64,000 nt of DNA from Alphaproteobacteria bacterium (GCA_017463185.1 JAFTPS010000013.1:3826-67825); one strand, 5' to 3'. Counted from the first letter of the stretch, positions 18,587-30,129 are shown. Made by a program: numbers and translations. Notes: a model not told the origin generated them from the sequence alone.

Positions 18587-18632
18587 ATAACAAGAGTTTT
18601 AAACTAACAAAAACAAGCCTAAGGAGAAAACT

Positions 18633-19820
18633 ATGGCAAAAGAAAAGTATGTAAGAAGCAAACCGCACGTCAATATTGGTACGATTGGTCACGTTGACCA
18701 CGGTAAAACAACATTGACTGCTGCTATTGTTCACTACTATGGTGTTGGTGCTGATGCTGCAAAGGGCGTTGACCAGATTGACAATGCACCAGAAGAAAAA
18801 CAGCGTGGTATTACAATCAACACTGCCCACGTTGAATACGAAACAGAAACACGCCACTATGCGCACGTTGACTGCCCAGGGCACGCGGACTATGTTAAAA
18901 ACATGATTACCGGTGCGGCACAGATGGACGGTGCTATCTTGGTTGTTGCGGCGACTGATGGTCCAATGCCTCAGACACGTGAACATATCCTGTTGGCACG
19001 CCAGGTTGGTATTCCAAAAATCGTTGTTTTTTTGAACAAATGTGATTTGGCAAATGACGCTGAATTGTTGGAATTGGTTGAGATGGAAATCCGTGAATTG
19101 TTGTCTGCAAATGACTTTGACGGTGATAATGCTCCAATTATCCGTGGTTCAGCTGTTTCTGCTGTTGAAGGCAAAAACGACGGTTTGGGTAAAGAATCCA
19201 TTGATGCTTTGTTGAAAGCATGTGATGAATACATCCCAATGCCAGAACGTCCAGTTGACAAACCATTCTTGATGCCAATTGAAGACGTGTTCTCTATCAC
19301 AGGTCGTGGTACAGTGGTCACAGGTCGTGTAGAATCTGGTGTTATCAAAGTTGGTGACGAATGTGAAATCGTTGGTCTGCGTCCAACACAGAAAACAACA
19401 GTTACTGGCGTTGAAATGTTCCGCAAATTGCTGGATCAGGGTGAAGCCGGTGATAACGTAGGTTTGTTGTTGCGTGGTACCAAGAAAGAAGATGTAGAAC
19501 GTGGTCAGATTATCTGCAAACCAGGTTCCATCACACCACACACAGACTTTGAAGCTGAAGTTTATATCTTGACGAAAGAAGAAGGTGGCCGTCATACAGC
19601 ATTCTTCTCTAACTATCGTCCACAGTTCTTCTTCAGCACAACAGACGTAACTGGTACAATTACTTTGCCAGCAGACAAAGAAATGGTTCTGCCTGGTGAC
19701 AACGTTCGTATCACAGTGCAGTTGATTGCACCTATTGCTATGGACGAAGGTCGTCGCTTTGCTATCCGTGAAGGCGGACGCACAGTTGGTGCAGGTGTTG
19801 TATCAAAAATCATTAAATAA
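18633..19820 (+). CDS. tuf: Elongation factor Tu
   Basis: 395 aa. [40 protein letters not shown]. Confidence 0.99.
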   Translation: MAKEKYVRSKPHVNIGTIGHVDHGKTTLTAAIVHYYGVGADAAKGVDQIDNAPEEKQRGITINTAHVEYETETRHYAHVDCPGHADYVKNMITGAAQMDGAILVVAATDGPMPQTREHILLARQVGIPKIVVFLNKCDLANDAELLELVEMEIRELLSANDFDGDNAPIIRGSAVSAVEGKNDGLGKESIDALLKACDEYIPMPERPVDKPFLMPIEDVFSITGRGTVVTGRVESGVIKVGDECEIVGLRPTQKTTVTGVEMFRKLLDQGEAGDNVGLLLRGTKKEDVERGQIICKPGSITPHTDFEAEVYILTKEEGGRHTAFFSNYRPQFFFSTTDVTGTITLPADKEMVLPGDNVRITVQLIAPIAMDEGRRFAIREGGRTVGAGVVSKIIK

Positions 19821-19896
19821 TTAAACAGTCGTGGGCGGTGTAACTGAATTAAAAGTGTCAGTGATTACCGCCCAGACAACTATAAGGAAACGAATA

Positions 19897-20208
19897 ATGG
19901 TACCTGCATCTAAAATTCGCATCAAGTTGACGGCATTTGACCACAGAGTCTTGATGGAATCGGTAGAAGAAATCGTTAAAACAGCCAAGCGCACCGGCGC
20001 AGATGTCGTTGGGCCAGTTCGCTTGCCGACACTGATTCAAAAATTTACGGTAAACCGTTCACCACACGTTGATAAAAAATCACGCGAACAATTTGAAATC
20101 CGCAATCATAAAGCGGTCGTAGATATTGTGAACCCAACCCCTCAGACAGTAGATGCCTTGATGAAGTTGGATTTGGCGTCCGGTGTAGATGTAAAAATTA
20201 AATTATAA
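19897..20208 (+). CDS. rpsJ: 30S ribosomal protein S10
   Basis: ATG at 19897 after aaggaaa. [21 protein letters not shown]...HKAVVDIV is S10. The track ORF is extended 5' from a GTG. Confidence 0.95.
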   Translation: MVPASKIRIKLTAFDHRVLMESVEEIVKTAKRTGADVVGPVRLPTLIQKFTVNRSPHVDKKSREQFEIRNHKAVVDIVNPTPQTVDALMKLDLASGVDVKIKL

Positions 20209-20287
20209 AAAAATAATAAACTGTTAGTGTTGGTGGGGAAGTATTCTGAGCCCCGCTAACCTCTGACATAAACAAAGGCATAAAAAA

Positions 20288-21013
20288 ATGAAACGTAGCG
20301 GATTAATTACAACAAAAATAGGTATGACGCGTTTGTATGATGATGGCGGCGTCGCACATCCAGTCACAGTTTTGGCGGTTGGTGATTGCGCGGTCATTGG
20401 AAATCGTACGCAGGAAAAAAATGGATATGTTGCGAACATCTTGGGTTTGCGCGAAGCCAAGGCAAAACATGTTGCAAAGCCACAATTGGTTGCAGCGGAA
20501 AAGGCAGGTGTAAAACCGTATCGCAAGGTAGTAGAGTTCCGTGTATCTGACGATTGCATTATCCCAGTGGGGACTGCGTTGTCGGCGTCTCATTTTGTTG
20601 TCGGTCAGTTCGTTGATGTCCAAGCGACAAGCAAAGGTAAAGGCTTCCAGGGTGCTATGAAACGTCATAACTTTGGCGGTAAGGAAGCAACACACGGTGT
20701 TTTGAAAGCACATCGCTCTATTGGTGGTACTGGTATGCGTGAATGGCCGGGCCGCGTATTAAAGGGCAAAAAAATGGCGGGGCAGATGGGTAATGAAACC
20801 GTCACCGTCCAGAATTTGAAAGTATTTGGCACAGACGAAGCAGAAAACTTGATTTTCGTAGAAGGCGCAGTTCCGGGTTCTAACGGTACTTTCGTCTTGG
20901 TCACAGACGCAATCAAGAAAGAACACAAAGATTTGCCTGTTCCGACAAAATCTGTATCCACAGACCCTGTTGAAACAGAAACAGCAACCGAAACAGAAGC
21001 TGTGGCGGAATAA
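20288..21013 (+). CDS. rplC: 50S ribosomal protein L3
   Basis: GLITTKIGMTRLYD...FQGAMKRHNFGG...GRVLKGKKMAGQMG. Confidence 0.97.
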   Translation: MKRSGLITTKIGMTRLYDDGGVAHPVTVLAVGDCAVIGNRTQEKNGYVANILGLREAKAKHVAKPQLVAAEKAGVKPYRKVVEFRVSDDCIIPVGTALSASHFVVGQFVDVQATSKGKGFQGAMKRHNFGGKEATHGVLKAHRSIGGTGMREWPGRVLKGKKMAGQMGNETVTVQNLKVFGTDEAENLIFVEGAVPGSNGTFVLVTDAIKKEHKDLPVPTKSVSTDPVETETATETEAVAE

Positions 21014-21049
21014 TATAACAACAGCGACAGCAAGAGTGAGGTAATTAAA

Positions 21050-21670
21050 ATGCAATTAGATATTATAAATTTTGATGGCAAAGCAGTCGGCAAAGCAGAA
21101 TTGTCCGATGCTGTCTTTGGTTTAGAACCACGTGCTGATATTTTACACCGTGTTGTGACATGGCAACGTGCAAAACAACGTGCCGGTACACATGCTGTTA
21201 AAACTGTTTCTGATGTAGAAGGCAGCGGTAAAAAAGCCTTTAAGCAAAAGAAAACAGGTAATGCACGTCAGGGTGAAAAGTACAATGTTCATATGCGTGG
21301 TGGTGGTGTAGTTCACGGACCAGTTGTTCGCGATCACAGCATTGACCTGCCTAAGAAAGTACGTAGCCTGGGTCTGAAAATGGCTTTGTCTTCTAAGGTA
21401 AAAGATGGCAGCCTGATTATTATTGATTCTGAAAAATTGGCGGCGGCGAAAACAGGTGCATTTGCAAAACAGTTGAAAAAATTGGATATTGTATCTGCTT
21501 TGTTCGTTGGTGCAACAGAATTGGATGAAAACTTCAAGAAATCCGCGGCAAATATCGCAAATATTGATGCTTTGCCAACAATCGGTTTGAATGTACTGGA
21601 TATCTTGAAGCATGAAAAATTGGTTTTGACAGCCGATGCAGTCAAAGCGGTAGAAGCAAGATTGGCGTAA
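21050..21670 (+). CDS. rplD: 50S ribosomal protein L4
   Basis: 206 aa. HRVVTWQRAKQRAGTHAVKT...KQKKTGNARQG. Operon position. Confidence 0.96.
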   Translation: MQLDIINFDGKAVGKAELSDAVFGLEPRADILHRVVTWQRAKQRAGTHAVKTVSDVEGSGKKAFKQKKTGNARQGEKYNVHMRGGGVVHGPVVRDHSIDLPKKVRSLGLKMALSSKVKDGSLIIIDSEKLAAAKTGAFAKQLKKLDIVSALFVGATELDENFKKSAANIANIDALPTIGLNVLDILKHEKLVLTADAVKAVEARLA

Positions 21671-21695
21671 TCAATCAAGAATTGAGGTAAGCAAA

Positions 21696-22028
21696 ATGGC
21701 AGAAAAGAAAGTAAGTGCAGAGAAAAAAATCGTTGCGACCGCTGGTATTTATGATATACTGCGTCGTCCGATTATCTCGGAAAAGGCAGCAAAACTGTCT
21801 GAAAGCAATGGTGTGGCTTTTGAAGTTGCAGCAAATGCAACCAAAGAAGATGTTGCCCGTGCGGTAGAGGCAATTTACAATGTAAAACCAACCAAGGTGA
21901 ACATTGTTGTTGTTAAAGGGAAAGTTAAAACTTTCCGTGGTCGTGGTACAGGCACACAGCGCACTGTTAAAAAAGCGTATGTATCTTTGCCGGCAGATGC
22001 AAAACTGGATTTGTCCGCAAATATATAG
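21696..22028 (+). CDS. rplW: 50S ribosomal protein L23
   Basis: YDILRRPIISEKA...FEVAANATKEDVARAVEAIYNVKPTKVN. Confidence 0.95.
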   Translation: MAEKKVSAEKKIVATAGIYDILRRPIISEKAAKLSESNGVAFEVAANATKEDVARAVEAIYNVKPTKVNIVVVKGKVKTFRGRGTGTQRTVKKAYVSLPADAKLDLSANI

Positions 22029-22104
22029 TATAATAAACGGCCTTGGCAGAGAACCCAGAATATTTGGATGCTAGTGTCAAGGCATAAACAAAGGTAAGAA
22101 AAAA

Positions 22105-22938
22105 ATGGCATTAAAGCATTATAAGCCAACAACACCAGGTACACGTGGTTTGACACAGGTTGACCGCAGTGAATTGCACCGTGGTGCGCCGGAAAAGGCA
22201 CTGACAGTTGGTTTGAAGTCCAAAGGTGGACGTAATAATTTTGGTCACGTAACCGTTATGCATCAAGGTGGTGGTCATAAACGTAAATATCGTTTGATTG
22301 ACTTTAAACGCAAAAAGATGGATGTCCCTGCGACAGTTGTGCGTTTGGAATATGACCCAAACCGTACTGCTTTTATCGCATTGATTGAATATACAGACGG
22401 TGAACGTGCGTATATCCTGGCACCGCGTGATTTGAAAGCTGGTGATGTTGTTATTGCGGCTGCACACGCTGATATTAAACCAGGTAATGCTATGCCATTA
22501 AAAAATATGCCAATCGGTACAATCGTACATAACGTTGAATTGAAACCTGGTGCTGGTGGTCAGTTGGCTCGCAGTGCAGGGTGCTATGCTCAGTTGATGG
22601 GTAAAGATGGTGTTTATGCACAGATTAAAATGAACAGTGGTGAGTTGCGTAAAGTTCATTCCGAATGTTTGGCAACAGTTGGCAGCGTTTCCAATCCGGA
22701 CCAACGCAATGTCAACTTGGGTAAAGCTGGTCGCGCACGTTGGTTGGGCATTCGTCCGTCCGTACGCGGTATGGCTATGAACCCTGTTGACCATCCGATG
22801 GGTGGTGGTAATGGTCATTCTAAGGGCCACGAACCGGTATCACGTACAGGTATTCCAGCCAAGGGATATCGTACCCGTAGCAATAAACGTACTGCTAAGA
22901 TGATTATTCGCAGCAGACATTTGGCGAAAAAGAAATAA
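22105..22938 (+). CDS. rplB: 50S ribosomal protein L2
   Basis: 277 aa. [23 protein letters not shown]...[16 protein letters not shown]. Confidence 0.98.
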   Translation: MALKHYKPTTPGTRGLTQVDRSELHRGAPEKALTVGLKSKGGRNNFGHVTVMHQGGGHKRKYRLIDFKRKKMDVPATVVRLEYDPNRTAFIALIEYTDGERAYILAPRDLKAGDVVIAAAHADIKPGNAMPLKNMPIGTIVHNVELKPGAGGQLARSAGCYAQLMGKDGVYAQIKMNSGELRKVHSECLATVGSVSNPDQRNVNLGKAGRARWLGIRPSVRGMAMNPVDHPMGGGNGHSKGHEPVSRTGIPAKGYRTRSNKRTAKMIIRSRHLAKKK

Positions 22939-22957
22939 TAAGAAATAAACGGAGTAA

Positions 22958-23245
22958 ATGATGTCTCGTTCAGTATGGAAAGGTCCTTATGTTCATCCGT
23001 CTGTTTTGAAGAAAACAGCAACGGCTATTGAAAAAGATGACCGTAAACCAATTAAAACTTGGTCTCGTGGCAGCACAATTGTGCCACCAATGGTTGGATT
23101 GACGTTTGAAGTGCACAATGGTAATAAATTTATCCCTGTGTCTATCGTAGAAGATATGATTGGTCACAAGTTGGGTGAATTTGCGCCAACTCGTACTTTC
23201 AAGGGTCACGCAGCGAATAAAAAAGCCGCAGCAGGCAAAAAATAA
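22958..23245 (+). CDS. rpsS: 30S ribosomal protein S19
   Basis: [11 protein letters not shown]...[10 protein letters not shown]...[18 protein letters not shown]. The start may be the second ATG at 22961. Confidence 0.96.
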   Translation: MMSRSVWKGPYVHPSVLKKTATAIEKDDRKPIKTWSRGSTIVPPMVGLTFEVHNGNKFIPVSIVEDMIGHKLGEFAPTRTFKGHAANKKAAAGKK

Positions 23246-23259
23246 TAAGGTAAGCAGTT

Positions 23260-23664
23260 ATGACAGCAAGATATGGAATTAAAGAAAACCAGGTTCGTGC
23301 ATTCAATAAAATGATTCGCGTTAGCCATCAGAAGTTGAATCTGGTTTGCGATTTGGTTCGCGGTTTACCAGTTGAACGCGCGGTTGATGTCTTGAAATTT
23401 TCCAAGAAACGCGTTGCTGGGGAAGTGTTGAAGACTTTGTTGTCTGCGGTTGCAAACGCAGAACACAACAAAAACCTGCCGGTTGATACTTTGTATGTCA
23501 AAGAAATTTGGTGTGGCAAAGCGTTGACGATGAAACGCATTATGGCGGGACCACGTGGCAGTGCACGTCCGATTTTGAAACCATTCTCAAACTTGACAAT
23601 TGTTTTGGAATCTGGGGTTGCTCCTTCTAAGAAGAAAGCCGCAAAAAAGGAAACAACAAAATAA
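23260..23664 (+). CDS. rplV: 50S ribosomal protein L22
   Basis: VSHQKLNLVCDLVRG...VDVLKFSKKR...ANAEHN. Confidence 0.96.
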   Translation: MTARYGIKENQVRAFNKMIRVSHQKLNLVCDLVRGLPVERAVDVLKFSKKRVAGEVLKTLLSAVANAEHNKNLPVDTLYVKEIWCGKALTMKRIMAGPRGSARPILKPFSNLTIVLESGVAPSKKKAAKKETTK

Positions 23665-23755
23665 GGTAAGATGTGTGGGGCGGTATGGAATGAAATTTCC
23701 TGAATAAAGTCATCAGACTTCAAGAACGCCCCCATTAAATTTAAGGAAAAAGAAA

Positions 23756-24457
23756 ATGGGACAGAAAGTATCACCTATTTCATTGCGTGAGTTTATCAAC
23801 AAGATTACAGATTCACGTTGGATTGCAGGTAAAAAAGACTATGCGGCATTGTTGGCAGAAGACGTTAAAATCCGCAAGTTTATTGAAAAGAAATTAAAGA
23901 AAGCCGGCTTGGCCAAGGTTGTTATTGAACGCTTTGCCAAAAAGGTTGTCGTGACTATTCATACCAGCAGACCTGGTATGATTATTGGTAAGAACGGTGC
24001 TGATATTGAAGCTTTGCGTAACGATATCAAGAAACTGGTGAAAAATGACCAGGTTGTCGTAAATATTTACGAAGTTCGCCGTCCGGACCTGAATGCACAG
24101 TTGGTTGCGCAGAATATTGCGCAGCAGATTGAAGGTCGTGTTTCTTTCAAACGCGCTATGAAAAAAGCTGTGCAAAATGCTCAGAAAGCTGGTGCCCAGG
24201 GTATCAAAGTTATGTGCAGTGGCCGTTTAAACGGTGCTGAAATTGCGCGTAGCGAACAAATCCGTGAAGGTCGTATTCCATTGCATACTTTGCGTGCGGA
24301 TATTGATTATGCTTCTATCCAGGCAAAGACAACATACGGTGTTATCGGTGTTAAAGTTTGGATTTATACTGGTGATGTTGTAAACAAGGATAAGTTGGCC
24401 TCTGAAATGGCGCGCCCGACCGAATATGCCGGCAGCAGCGAAAGAAAACACAAATAA
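23756..24457 (+). CDS. rpsC: 30S ribosomal protein S3
   Basis: [11 protein letters not shown]...KH domain...[30 protein letters not shown]. Confidence 0.98.
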   Translation: MGQKVSPISLREFINKITDSRWIAGKKDYAALLAEDVKIRKFIEKKLKKAGLAKVVIERFAKKVVVTIHTSRPGMIIGKNGADIEALRNDIKKLVKNDQVVVNIYEVRRPDLNAQLVAQNIAQQIEGRVSFKRAMKKAVQNAQKAGAQGIKVMCSGRLNGAEIARSEQIREGRIPLHTLRADIDYASIQAKTTYGVIGVKVWIYTGDVVNKDKLASEMARPTEYAGSSERKHK

Positions 24458-24494
24458 TAATTGTAGAAATTATTAGAAATAAAAGGTTTGTATT

Positions 24495-24908
24495 ATGTTA
24501 ATGCCAAAGAAAACAAAATTTCGCAAACAACACAAAGGCCGTATTCACGGCGTTGCGAAAGGTGGCAGCGAATTGGCGTTCGGTTCTTTTGGATTGAAGG
24601 CTATGTCACCAGAACGTGTTACTGCGCGTCAGATTGAGGCGGCACGTCGTGCAATCACTCGTCATATGCGCCGTATGGGTAAACTGTGGATTCGTGTATT
24701 CCCGGATGTTCCCGTCACCAAGAAACCAGCCGAAGTTCGTATGGGTAAAGGTAAAGGTGCGGTTGAATACTGGATTTGCCGTGTAAAGCCAGGTCGCATC
24801 ATGTTTGAACTGGATGGTGTAAAACCAGAAGTTGCATATGAAGCATTTGCGTTGGCGGCGGCAAAACTGCCGGTGAAAACCAAAGTTGTTGAACGCAAAA
24901 TAAACTAA
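24495..24908 (+). CDS. rplP: 50S ribosomal protein L16
   Basis: [16 protein letters not shown]...[12 protein letters not shown]. Confidence 0.98.
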   Translation: MLMPKKTKFRKQHKGRIHGVAKGGSELAFGSFGLKAMSPERVTARQIEAARRAITRHMRRMGKLWIRVFPDVPVTKKPAEVRMGKGKGAVEYWICRVKPGRIMFELDGVKPEVAYEAFALAAAKLPVKTKVVERKIN

Positions 24909-24962
24909 TGGAATTGCGCACCCGGGGAATAACCCCGGGGCAGGGCAAAAAAGGTAGTTAAA

Positions 24963-25154
24963 ATGGCTGAAAAGAAAGTTGAAAACGAATTGACGATGGA
25001 AGCACTGGAAAGTAAATTGGCTGATTTGAAAAAAGAACAAATGAACCAACGCTTTCAGCACGCTGCTGGTCAGATGCCAAAAACACACGTTATGCGTCAG
25101 ACCCGTCGTGAAATTGCACGCGTAAAAACAAAATTGAACGCTGCAAAAAAATAA
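24963..25154 (+). CDS. rpmC: 50S ribosomal protein L29
   Basis: 63 aa. LADLKKEQMNQRFQHAAGQ...RREIARVKT. Confidence 0.93.
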   Translation: MAEKKVENELTMEALESKLADLKKEQMNQRFQHAAGQMPKTHVMRQTRREIARVKTKLNAAKK

Positions 25155-25314
25155 AAAAATTGCTGATTTTTGTTGAGATTTCTAAAATTTTAGATATTAT
25201 AGGCAGGGTCAGAAAAGTAAAAACAAGGATTTAGTCCGTGGGTTTTGTGCCGTAAAATATGAAATTTGGTGCTAAAATCCGCGGGTTAGATAAACAGTAT
25301 AAGGGACAATAGTT

Positions 25315-25584
25315 ATGCCAAGACGTATACTGCAAGGAACGGTTATCAGTACAGCAAACGATAAAACTGTCGTTGTAGAGGTGGAACGTCGTTTCCGTCA
25401 TCCGCTGTATGGTAAGTTCGTAAAGCACAATAAAAAATACAAGGCGCACGATGAAAACAATGAATATAAAATTGGTGAAATCGTAGCGATTGAAGAACAT
25501 CGTCCAATCTCTAAGACAAAATCTTGGGTTGTAAAGGGGCGCGTTGGTGTTTCCAAAGACGATGCAGTTGAAGTAGTTGACTAA
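25315..25584 (+). CDS. rpsQ: 30S ribosomal protein S17
   Basis: [31 protein letters not shown]...KAHDENN. Confidence 0.96.
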   Translation: MPRRILQGTVISTANDKTVVVEVERRFRHPLYGKFVKHNKKYKAHDENNEYKIGEIVAIEEHRPISKTKSWVVKGRVGVSKDDAVEVVD

Positions 25585-25691
25585 TAATCAACGGGTTCTT
25601 TGAGGTCGGTTCGGGAAAGTATAAGGCGACAGTCGGAACCCATAACAAAGCGGTGGGGGATTGCTCCGTGCGCAGGTAAAGGATTAAAGTT

Positions 25692-26066
25692 ATGATTCAA
25701 AATGAAACAGTTATGACGGTTGCAGACAACAGTGGTGCGCGTAAAGCAATGTGCATCAAGGTGTTGGGCGGTTCTCATCGTCGTTATGCAACAGTTGGCG
25801 ACAAAATTGTCGTTGCCATTAAAGAGGCCATTCCACGTGGTAAAGTTCAAAAAGGTACTGTACAGCGTGCTATTATCGTTCGTACAAAGTTCCCTGTCAA
25901 ACGTCCTGATGGTTCCATCATTCGTTTTGACGACAATGCGGTTGTTTTAATCAATAAAAACAATTTTGAACCAATTGGAACCCGTATCTTTGGGCCGATT
26001 GCCCGTGAAGTTCGTCGTAAATACGATGTGCAGAAAATCGTGTCTTTGGCACCGGAAGTAATCTAA
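25692..26066 (+). CDS. rplN: 50S ribosomal protein L14
   Basis: [18 protein letters not shown]...[11 protein letters not shown]...[10 protein letters not shown]. Confidence 0.98.
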   Translation: MIQNETVMTVADNSGARKAMCIKVLGGSHRRYATVGDKIVVAIKEAIPRGKVQKGTVQRAIIVRTKFPVKRPDGSIIRFDDNAVVLINKNNFEPIGTRIFGPIAREVRRKYDVQKIVSLAPEVI

Positions 26067-26086
26067 TAACAGATGGAAGGCATAAA

Positions 26087-26389
26087 ATGAAAATTAAAAA
26101 AGGCGACGAAGTCGTAGTTATTTCGGGAAAATACAAAGGCGTTAAAGGCAAAGTTCTGGAAGCGCGCCCGTCTGAATCACGTGTTGTTGTTGAAGGTGTC
26201 AACCGTCGTAAATGGCACATCAAACCCACACAGGAACAGCCTGGTCATATCATTGACCGCGAAGCACCGGTTCATGTATCCAATGTTGCATTGGTTGACC
26301 CAAAAACCAAAAAGGCAACACGCGTTGGTTATAAAGTAGAAGCCGGTAAAAAGGTTCGCGTTGCAAAGAAATCTGGTGCTGAGATATAA
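26087..26389 (+). CDS. rplX: 50S ribosomal protein L24
   Basis: [22 protein letters not shown] (KOW motif). Confidence 0.96.
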   Translation: MKIKKGDEVVVISGKYKGVKGKVLEARPSESRVVVEGVNRRKWHIKPTQEQPGHIIDREAPVHVSNVALVDPKTKKATRVGYKVEAGKKVRVAKKSGAEI

Positions 26390-26397
26390 GTAAAAAA

Positions 26398-26427
26398 TTG
26401 TTGCCCGCTGTTACGGGGACACAACAA
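26398..26427 (+). promoter_or_regulatory. Conserved hairpin CCCG-CUGUUA-CGGG immediately upstream of rplE
   Basis: ttgttgCCCGctgttaCGGGgacacaacaa. The same 14-nt core recurs at 28367-28388. Confidence 0.4.
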
Positions 26428-26440
26428 AAGGAATAAAGAA

Positions 26441-26986
26441 ATGCAAAGCAGATTGCGTGAAATTTATGAAAAAGAAATTGTGCCTGAATTGAAAAAAGAA
26501 TTCGGATACACAAATGAGTTGGCGGTTCCAAAACTGACCAAGATTGTTTTGAATATGGGGGTTGGCGAAGCTGTTTCTGATAAAAAGAAATTGGATTCCG
26601 CAGCGGCTGATTTGACCGCGATTGCAGCCCAGAAATCAGTTATCACACGTGCGAAAAAATCCATCGCGACATATCGTCTGCGCGAAGGTCAACCTATTGG
26701 TACCAAGGTGACACTGCGTGGAAAACGTATGTATGATTTCTTGGATAAACTGATTACAGTTGCTTTGCCACGTGTAAAAGACTTCCGTGGTCTGTCAAAA
26801 TCTAAATTTGATGGTCGTGGCAATTATGCGTTCGGTATCAAAGAACATCTGATTTTCCCGGAAATTTCCGTTGATAAAATTGATGCTATTCGCGGTATGG
26901 ATATCGTTATCGCGACAACAGCAAAAACAGATGACGAAGCACGTGCATTGCTGACCAAAATCGGCTTGCCATTGGTTTTGAAATAA
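26441..26986 (+). CDS. rplE: 50S ribosomal protein L5
   Basis: [16 protein letters not shown]...[23 protein letters not shown]. Confidence 0.98.
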   Translation: MQSRLREIYEKEIVPELKKEFGYTNELAVPKLTKIVLNMGVGEAVSDKKKLDSAAADLTAIAAQKSVITRAKKSIATYRLREGQPIGTKVTLRGKRMYDFLDKLITVALPRVKDFRGLSKSKFDGRGNYAFGIKEHLIFPEISVDKIDAIRGMDIVIATTAKTDDEARALLTKIGLPLVLK

Positions 26987-27004
26987 TAAAAAAGGTTAAA
27001 AAAG

Positions 27005-27307
27005 ATGGCGAAATTAGCTTTAATCAACAAACAAAAAAGACGTGAAAAACTGGTCGCACAATATGCCAAAAAGCGTGAAGCGATTAAAGAAAAAATGTCT
27101 GTCAATGCAACACCAGATGAACGTATGGATGCAATGAAGAAATTGGCAAAATTGCCACGTAATGCAAACCCAACACGTCTGCGTAATCGTTGCAGCGTGA
27201 CCGGCCGTTCTCGTGGGTATTCCCGCTTGTTCGGTCTGTGTCGTCAGCAGGTTCGTACAATGGCAAGTGAAGGTAAATTGCCAGGTGTACGTAAATCTAG
27301 CTGGTAA
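27005..27307 (+). CDS. rpsN: 30S ribosomal protein S14 (long form)
   Basis: 100 aa. [21 protein letters not shown]...LPGVRKSSW. Confidence 0.97.
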   Translation: MAKLALINKQKRREKLVAQYAKKREAIKEKMSVNATPDERMDAMKKLAKLPRNANPTRLRNRCSVTGRSRGYSRLFGLCRQQVRTMASEGKLPGVRKSSW

Positions 27308-27384
27308 AATAAAACAATCCAACTGTGGACAATGCAGTTGTGGAAACAGTGCAGGGCGTTGCCCTGTAACGTAAGGAGTAAAAG

Positions 27385-27783
27385 ATGTCATTATCACACC
27401 CAATCGGCGATATGGTTACCCGCATCCGTAATGGTCAAAATGCAGGTAAAGAAACAATCGTCGTTCCAAACAGCAAATTGCGTCAGGCAGTTTTGTCTGT
27501 GTTAAAAGATGAAGGTTTCATCACAGATTTCCGCATTGAACAAATTGACGAACATCGTTCTAATTTGGTCGTTGAATTAAAGTATGTCGGCGGAAACGGT
27601 GCAATCCAGGAAATTTCCGTAGTATCCAAACCGGGGCGCCGCGTATATTCTGGCAGTGCAAAAATGCCAAAGGTATTGAATGGCTTGGGTATTGCGATTG
27701 TCTCTACACCAAATGGGGTTATGACTGACCACAAGGCGCGTCTGATGAATGTCGGCGGTGAAGTATTGTGCAAGGTTATCTAA
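27385..27783 (+). CDS. rpsH: 30S ribosomal protein S8
   Basis: PIGDMVTRIRNGQNA...GIAIVSTPNGVMTD...GGEVLCKV. Confidence 0.98.
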   Translation: MSLSHPIGDMVTRIRNGQNAGKETIVVPNSKLRQAVLSVLKDEGFITDFRIEQIDEHRSNLVVELKYVGGNGAIQEISVVSKPGRRVYSGSAKMPKVLNGLGIAIVSTPNGVMTDHKARLMNVGGEVLCKVI

Positions 27784-27802
27784 TTAAAGTGAGGATTTAG
27801 TT

Positions 27803-28354
27803 ATGTCTCGTGCAGGAAAATATCCAATTAAATTGAAAGACGGCGTATCGGTCGCAATTGTGGACAATGCGTTGGTCGTCAAAGGCCCAAAGGGTGAATT
27901 GAATTTGCCACTGAATACAAAAAACGCTGGCTTGGTTGATATAGCGATTGAGGCTGACCAAGTTGTTATCACACCAAAAGATGCCGAGGATAAGGCTTCT
28001 CGTGCAATGTGGGGAACAATGGCGCGTAATGTTCGCAGTGCAGTGGAAGGCGTTTCAAATGGTTTTGAAAAACCTATGTATATGAAGGGTGTTGGTTACA
28101 AAGCATCGGTGAAGGGTAATCAGTTAGTTTTGGTTGCTGGCTATTCTCATGATGTTGTTATGGACATCCCAGCGGGTTTAACCGTTGTTATGGGTGATGC
28201 GCCAACAGAATTTACTGTCAAGGGTATGGACAAGTGTTTGGTTGGTCAGTTTGCGGACAAAATTCATAAGGTACGCAAGGCAGATCCGTACAAGGGTAAG
28301 GGCATCTTCTATAAGGGCGAAAAGATCCGTCGCAAAGAAGGTAAAAAGAAATAA
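27803..28354 (+). CDS. rplF: 50S ribosomal protein L6
   Basis: MSRAGKYPIKLKDGV...VKGPKGEL...PYKGKGI.YKGE. Confidence 0.97.
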   Translation: MSRAGKYPIKLKDGVSVAIVDNALVVKGPKGELNLPLNTKNAGLVDIAIEADQVVITPKDAEDKASRAMWGTMARNVRSAVEGVSNGFEKPMYMKGVGYKASVKGNQLVLVAGYSHDVVMDIPAGLTVVMGDAPTEFTVKGMDKCLVGQFADKIHKVRKADPYKGKGIFYKGEKIRRKEGKKK

Positions 28355-28366
28355 TTGTTAAACTTT

Positions 28367-28388
28367 GATTCCCGCTGTTACGGGAATC
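28367..28388 (+). promoter_or_regulatory. Second copy of the CCCG-CUGUUA-CGGG hairpin, upstream of rplR
   Basis: gattCCCGctgttaCGGGaatc in the rplF-rplR spacer. Confidence 0.4.
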
Positions 28389-28408
28389 GGAAAAAAGGGA
28401 AAAAGAAA

Positions 28409-28765
28409 ATGTTGAAACATTTGAACTCGGAAGAAAGACGCACGTTAGCAAATCGTGGTGCGTTGAAAAGAAAAAATCCTGGCAAGATTCGTTTGTCAGT
28501 TTTCCGTTCTGGCCGTCATATTGAAATCCAGGCCATTGATGACACCAAAGGTCACACAATCTGTGCTGCATCTTCTAAGGAAAAGGGATTTGCTGGTAAA
28601 GGTTGGAATGTTGCCGGTGCTGAGCTGGTTGGCAAGGCGTTTGCTGAACGTGTAGTTGCGGCAAATGTTGCTGACAATTGTTATTTTGATCGTGGTGGTT
28701 ATCGTTATCACGGTCGTGTAAAGGCACTGTGCGAAGCAATCCGCGCTGGTGGCGTTAGAATATAA
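28409..28765 (+). CDS. rplR: 50S ribosomal protein L18
   Basis: ATG at 28409 after aaaaggga. [18 protein letters not shown]...[15 protein letters not shown]. Confidence 0.95.
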   Translation: MLKHLNSEERRTLANRGALKRKNPGKIRLSVFRSGRHIEIQAIDDTKGHTICAASSKEKGFAGKGWNVAGAELVGKAFAERVVAANVADNCYFDRGGYRYHGRVKALCEAIRAGGVRI

Positions 28766-28788
28766 TTTGAATAAGACGGAGTATTATA

Positions 28789-29343
28789 ATGGCACGTTTT
28801 GATGATAAAAAATTGCAGACGGATAATTTGGTAGATAAGTTGGTTTCTATCAACCGTGTATCTAAGACTGTAAAGGGCGGTCGCAATATGTCTTTTTCGG
28901 CCTTGGTTGTGGTCGGTGACAAAGCAGGTCGCGTTGGTTTTGGTAAAGGTAAAGCATTGGAAGTTCAGTCCGCTGTACAGAAAGCGACAAAAGCTGCCAA
29001 GGCTAAAATGATTCGTGTTCCTTTGAAAGAAGGTCGCACATTGCATCACGATATTGCATCTAAATATGGTGCAAGCAAGTTGGTTGTACGCAGTGCTGTT
29101 CCTGGTACTGGTATAATTGCTGGTGGTGCGTTGCGTGCGGTATTTGAATGCTTGGGCGTCCAGGACGTTGTTGTAAAGTCCCAGGGGTCAAATAATCCAA
29201 ACAATATGATTCGTGCAGCTTTCTTGGCGTTTAATAAAATGAATTCGCCAAAAACAGTGGCGGCGCGTCGTGGTAAAACTGTGGCTGAAATCATTGCTGG
29301 TCGTGATGGCAAGAAAGTAGAAGTTGCCGAAGAAGCAAAATAA
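28789..29343 (+). CDS. rpsE: 30S ribosomal protein S5
   Basis: [38 protein letters not shown]. Confidence 0.98.
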   Translation: MARFDDKKLQTDNLVDKLVSINRVSKTVKGGRNMSFSALVVVGDKAGRVGFGKGKALEVQSAVQKATKAAKAKMIRVPLKEGRTLHHDIASKYGASKLVVRSAVPGTGIIAGGALRAVFECLGVQDVVVKSQGSNNPNNMIRAAFLAFNKMNSPKTVAARRGKTVAEIIAGRDGKKVEVAEEAK

Positions 29344-29372
29344 TCTGGGTAAAGATAATAGGAGTTTTAATT

Positions 29373-29552
29373 ATGGCTAAAATAGTTGTAAAACAGGTTA
29401 AAAGTACTATCGGTCGCCCAGAAGCACAGGTCAAAATAGTGAAAGCTTTGGGCCTGGGGCGTATCGGTAAAACCAAGGAAATTACAGATTCTGAATCTGT
29501 TCGTGGTATGGTTGCCAAAGTTTCTCATTTGGTTGAAATCGTTGAAAAATAA
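29373..29552 (+). CDS. rpmD: 50S ribosomal protein L30 (59 aa, below the track cutoff)
   Basis: aggag RBS, then MAKIVVKQVKSTIGRPEAQVKIVKALGLGRIGKTKEITDSESVRGMVAKVSHLVEIVEK. Expected position between rpsE and rplO. Confidence 0.9.
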   Translation: MAKIVVKQVKSTIGRPEAQVKIVKALGLGRIGKTKEITDSESVRGMVAKVSHLVEIVEK

Positions 29553-29629
29553 AAATTAAACCGAGTATGTAAACAACACTTGTTTATATGCGACAAAGAA
29601 CTACATAGGTAGTTATAGGAGTAAAAGAA

Positions 29630-30088
29630 ATGAAATTAAATGCATTGATGGATAATTTTGGTGCCCGTAAGGATGTTAAACGCGTTGGTCGCGGTATGGC
29701 GTCTGGTTATGGCAAGACAGCAGGTCGTGGTCACAAAGGTCAGAAATCGCGCAGCGGTTCCCGCAAGCAGGCGACTTTCCAGGGTGGTCAGATGCCGATT
29801 TTGCGTCGTTTCCCAAAATTTGGTTTTAACAATCCGTTTGCTAAGGAATATGTAACTATCAATCTGGGCGATATTGAAAAATTTATTGCGTCTGGCAAGA
29901 TTGATGCAAGCAAAGATATTACTGTTGATTCTTTGTTGGCTGCAAAAGTTATCAATCGTAAAATGGATGGTTTGAAAGTTTTGGCTAAGGGCGAAATCAA
30001 AAACGCTGTAAATGTTGTTGCGGACAAGTGGTCCAAAGCAGCAGAAGCCGCGATTGTAAAAGCCGGTGGCACAATTAAAAATAACTAA
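29630..30088 (+). CDS. rplO: 50S ribosomal protein L15
   Basis: RVGRGMASGYGKTAGRGHKGQKSRSG. Confidence 0.97.
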   Translation: MKLNALMDNFGARKDVKRVGRGMASGYGKTAGRGHKGQKSRSGSRKQATFQGGQMPILRRFPKFGFNNPFAKEYVTINLGDIEKFIASGKIDASKDITVDSLLAAKVINRKMDGLKVLAKGEIKNAVNVVADKWSKAAEAAIVKAGGTIKNN

Positions 30089-30129
30089 TTGTTTTATATT
30101 TGCACCTGGGGGAACCTGGGTGCAAGTCA

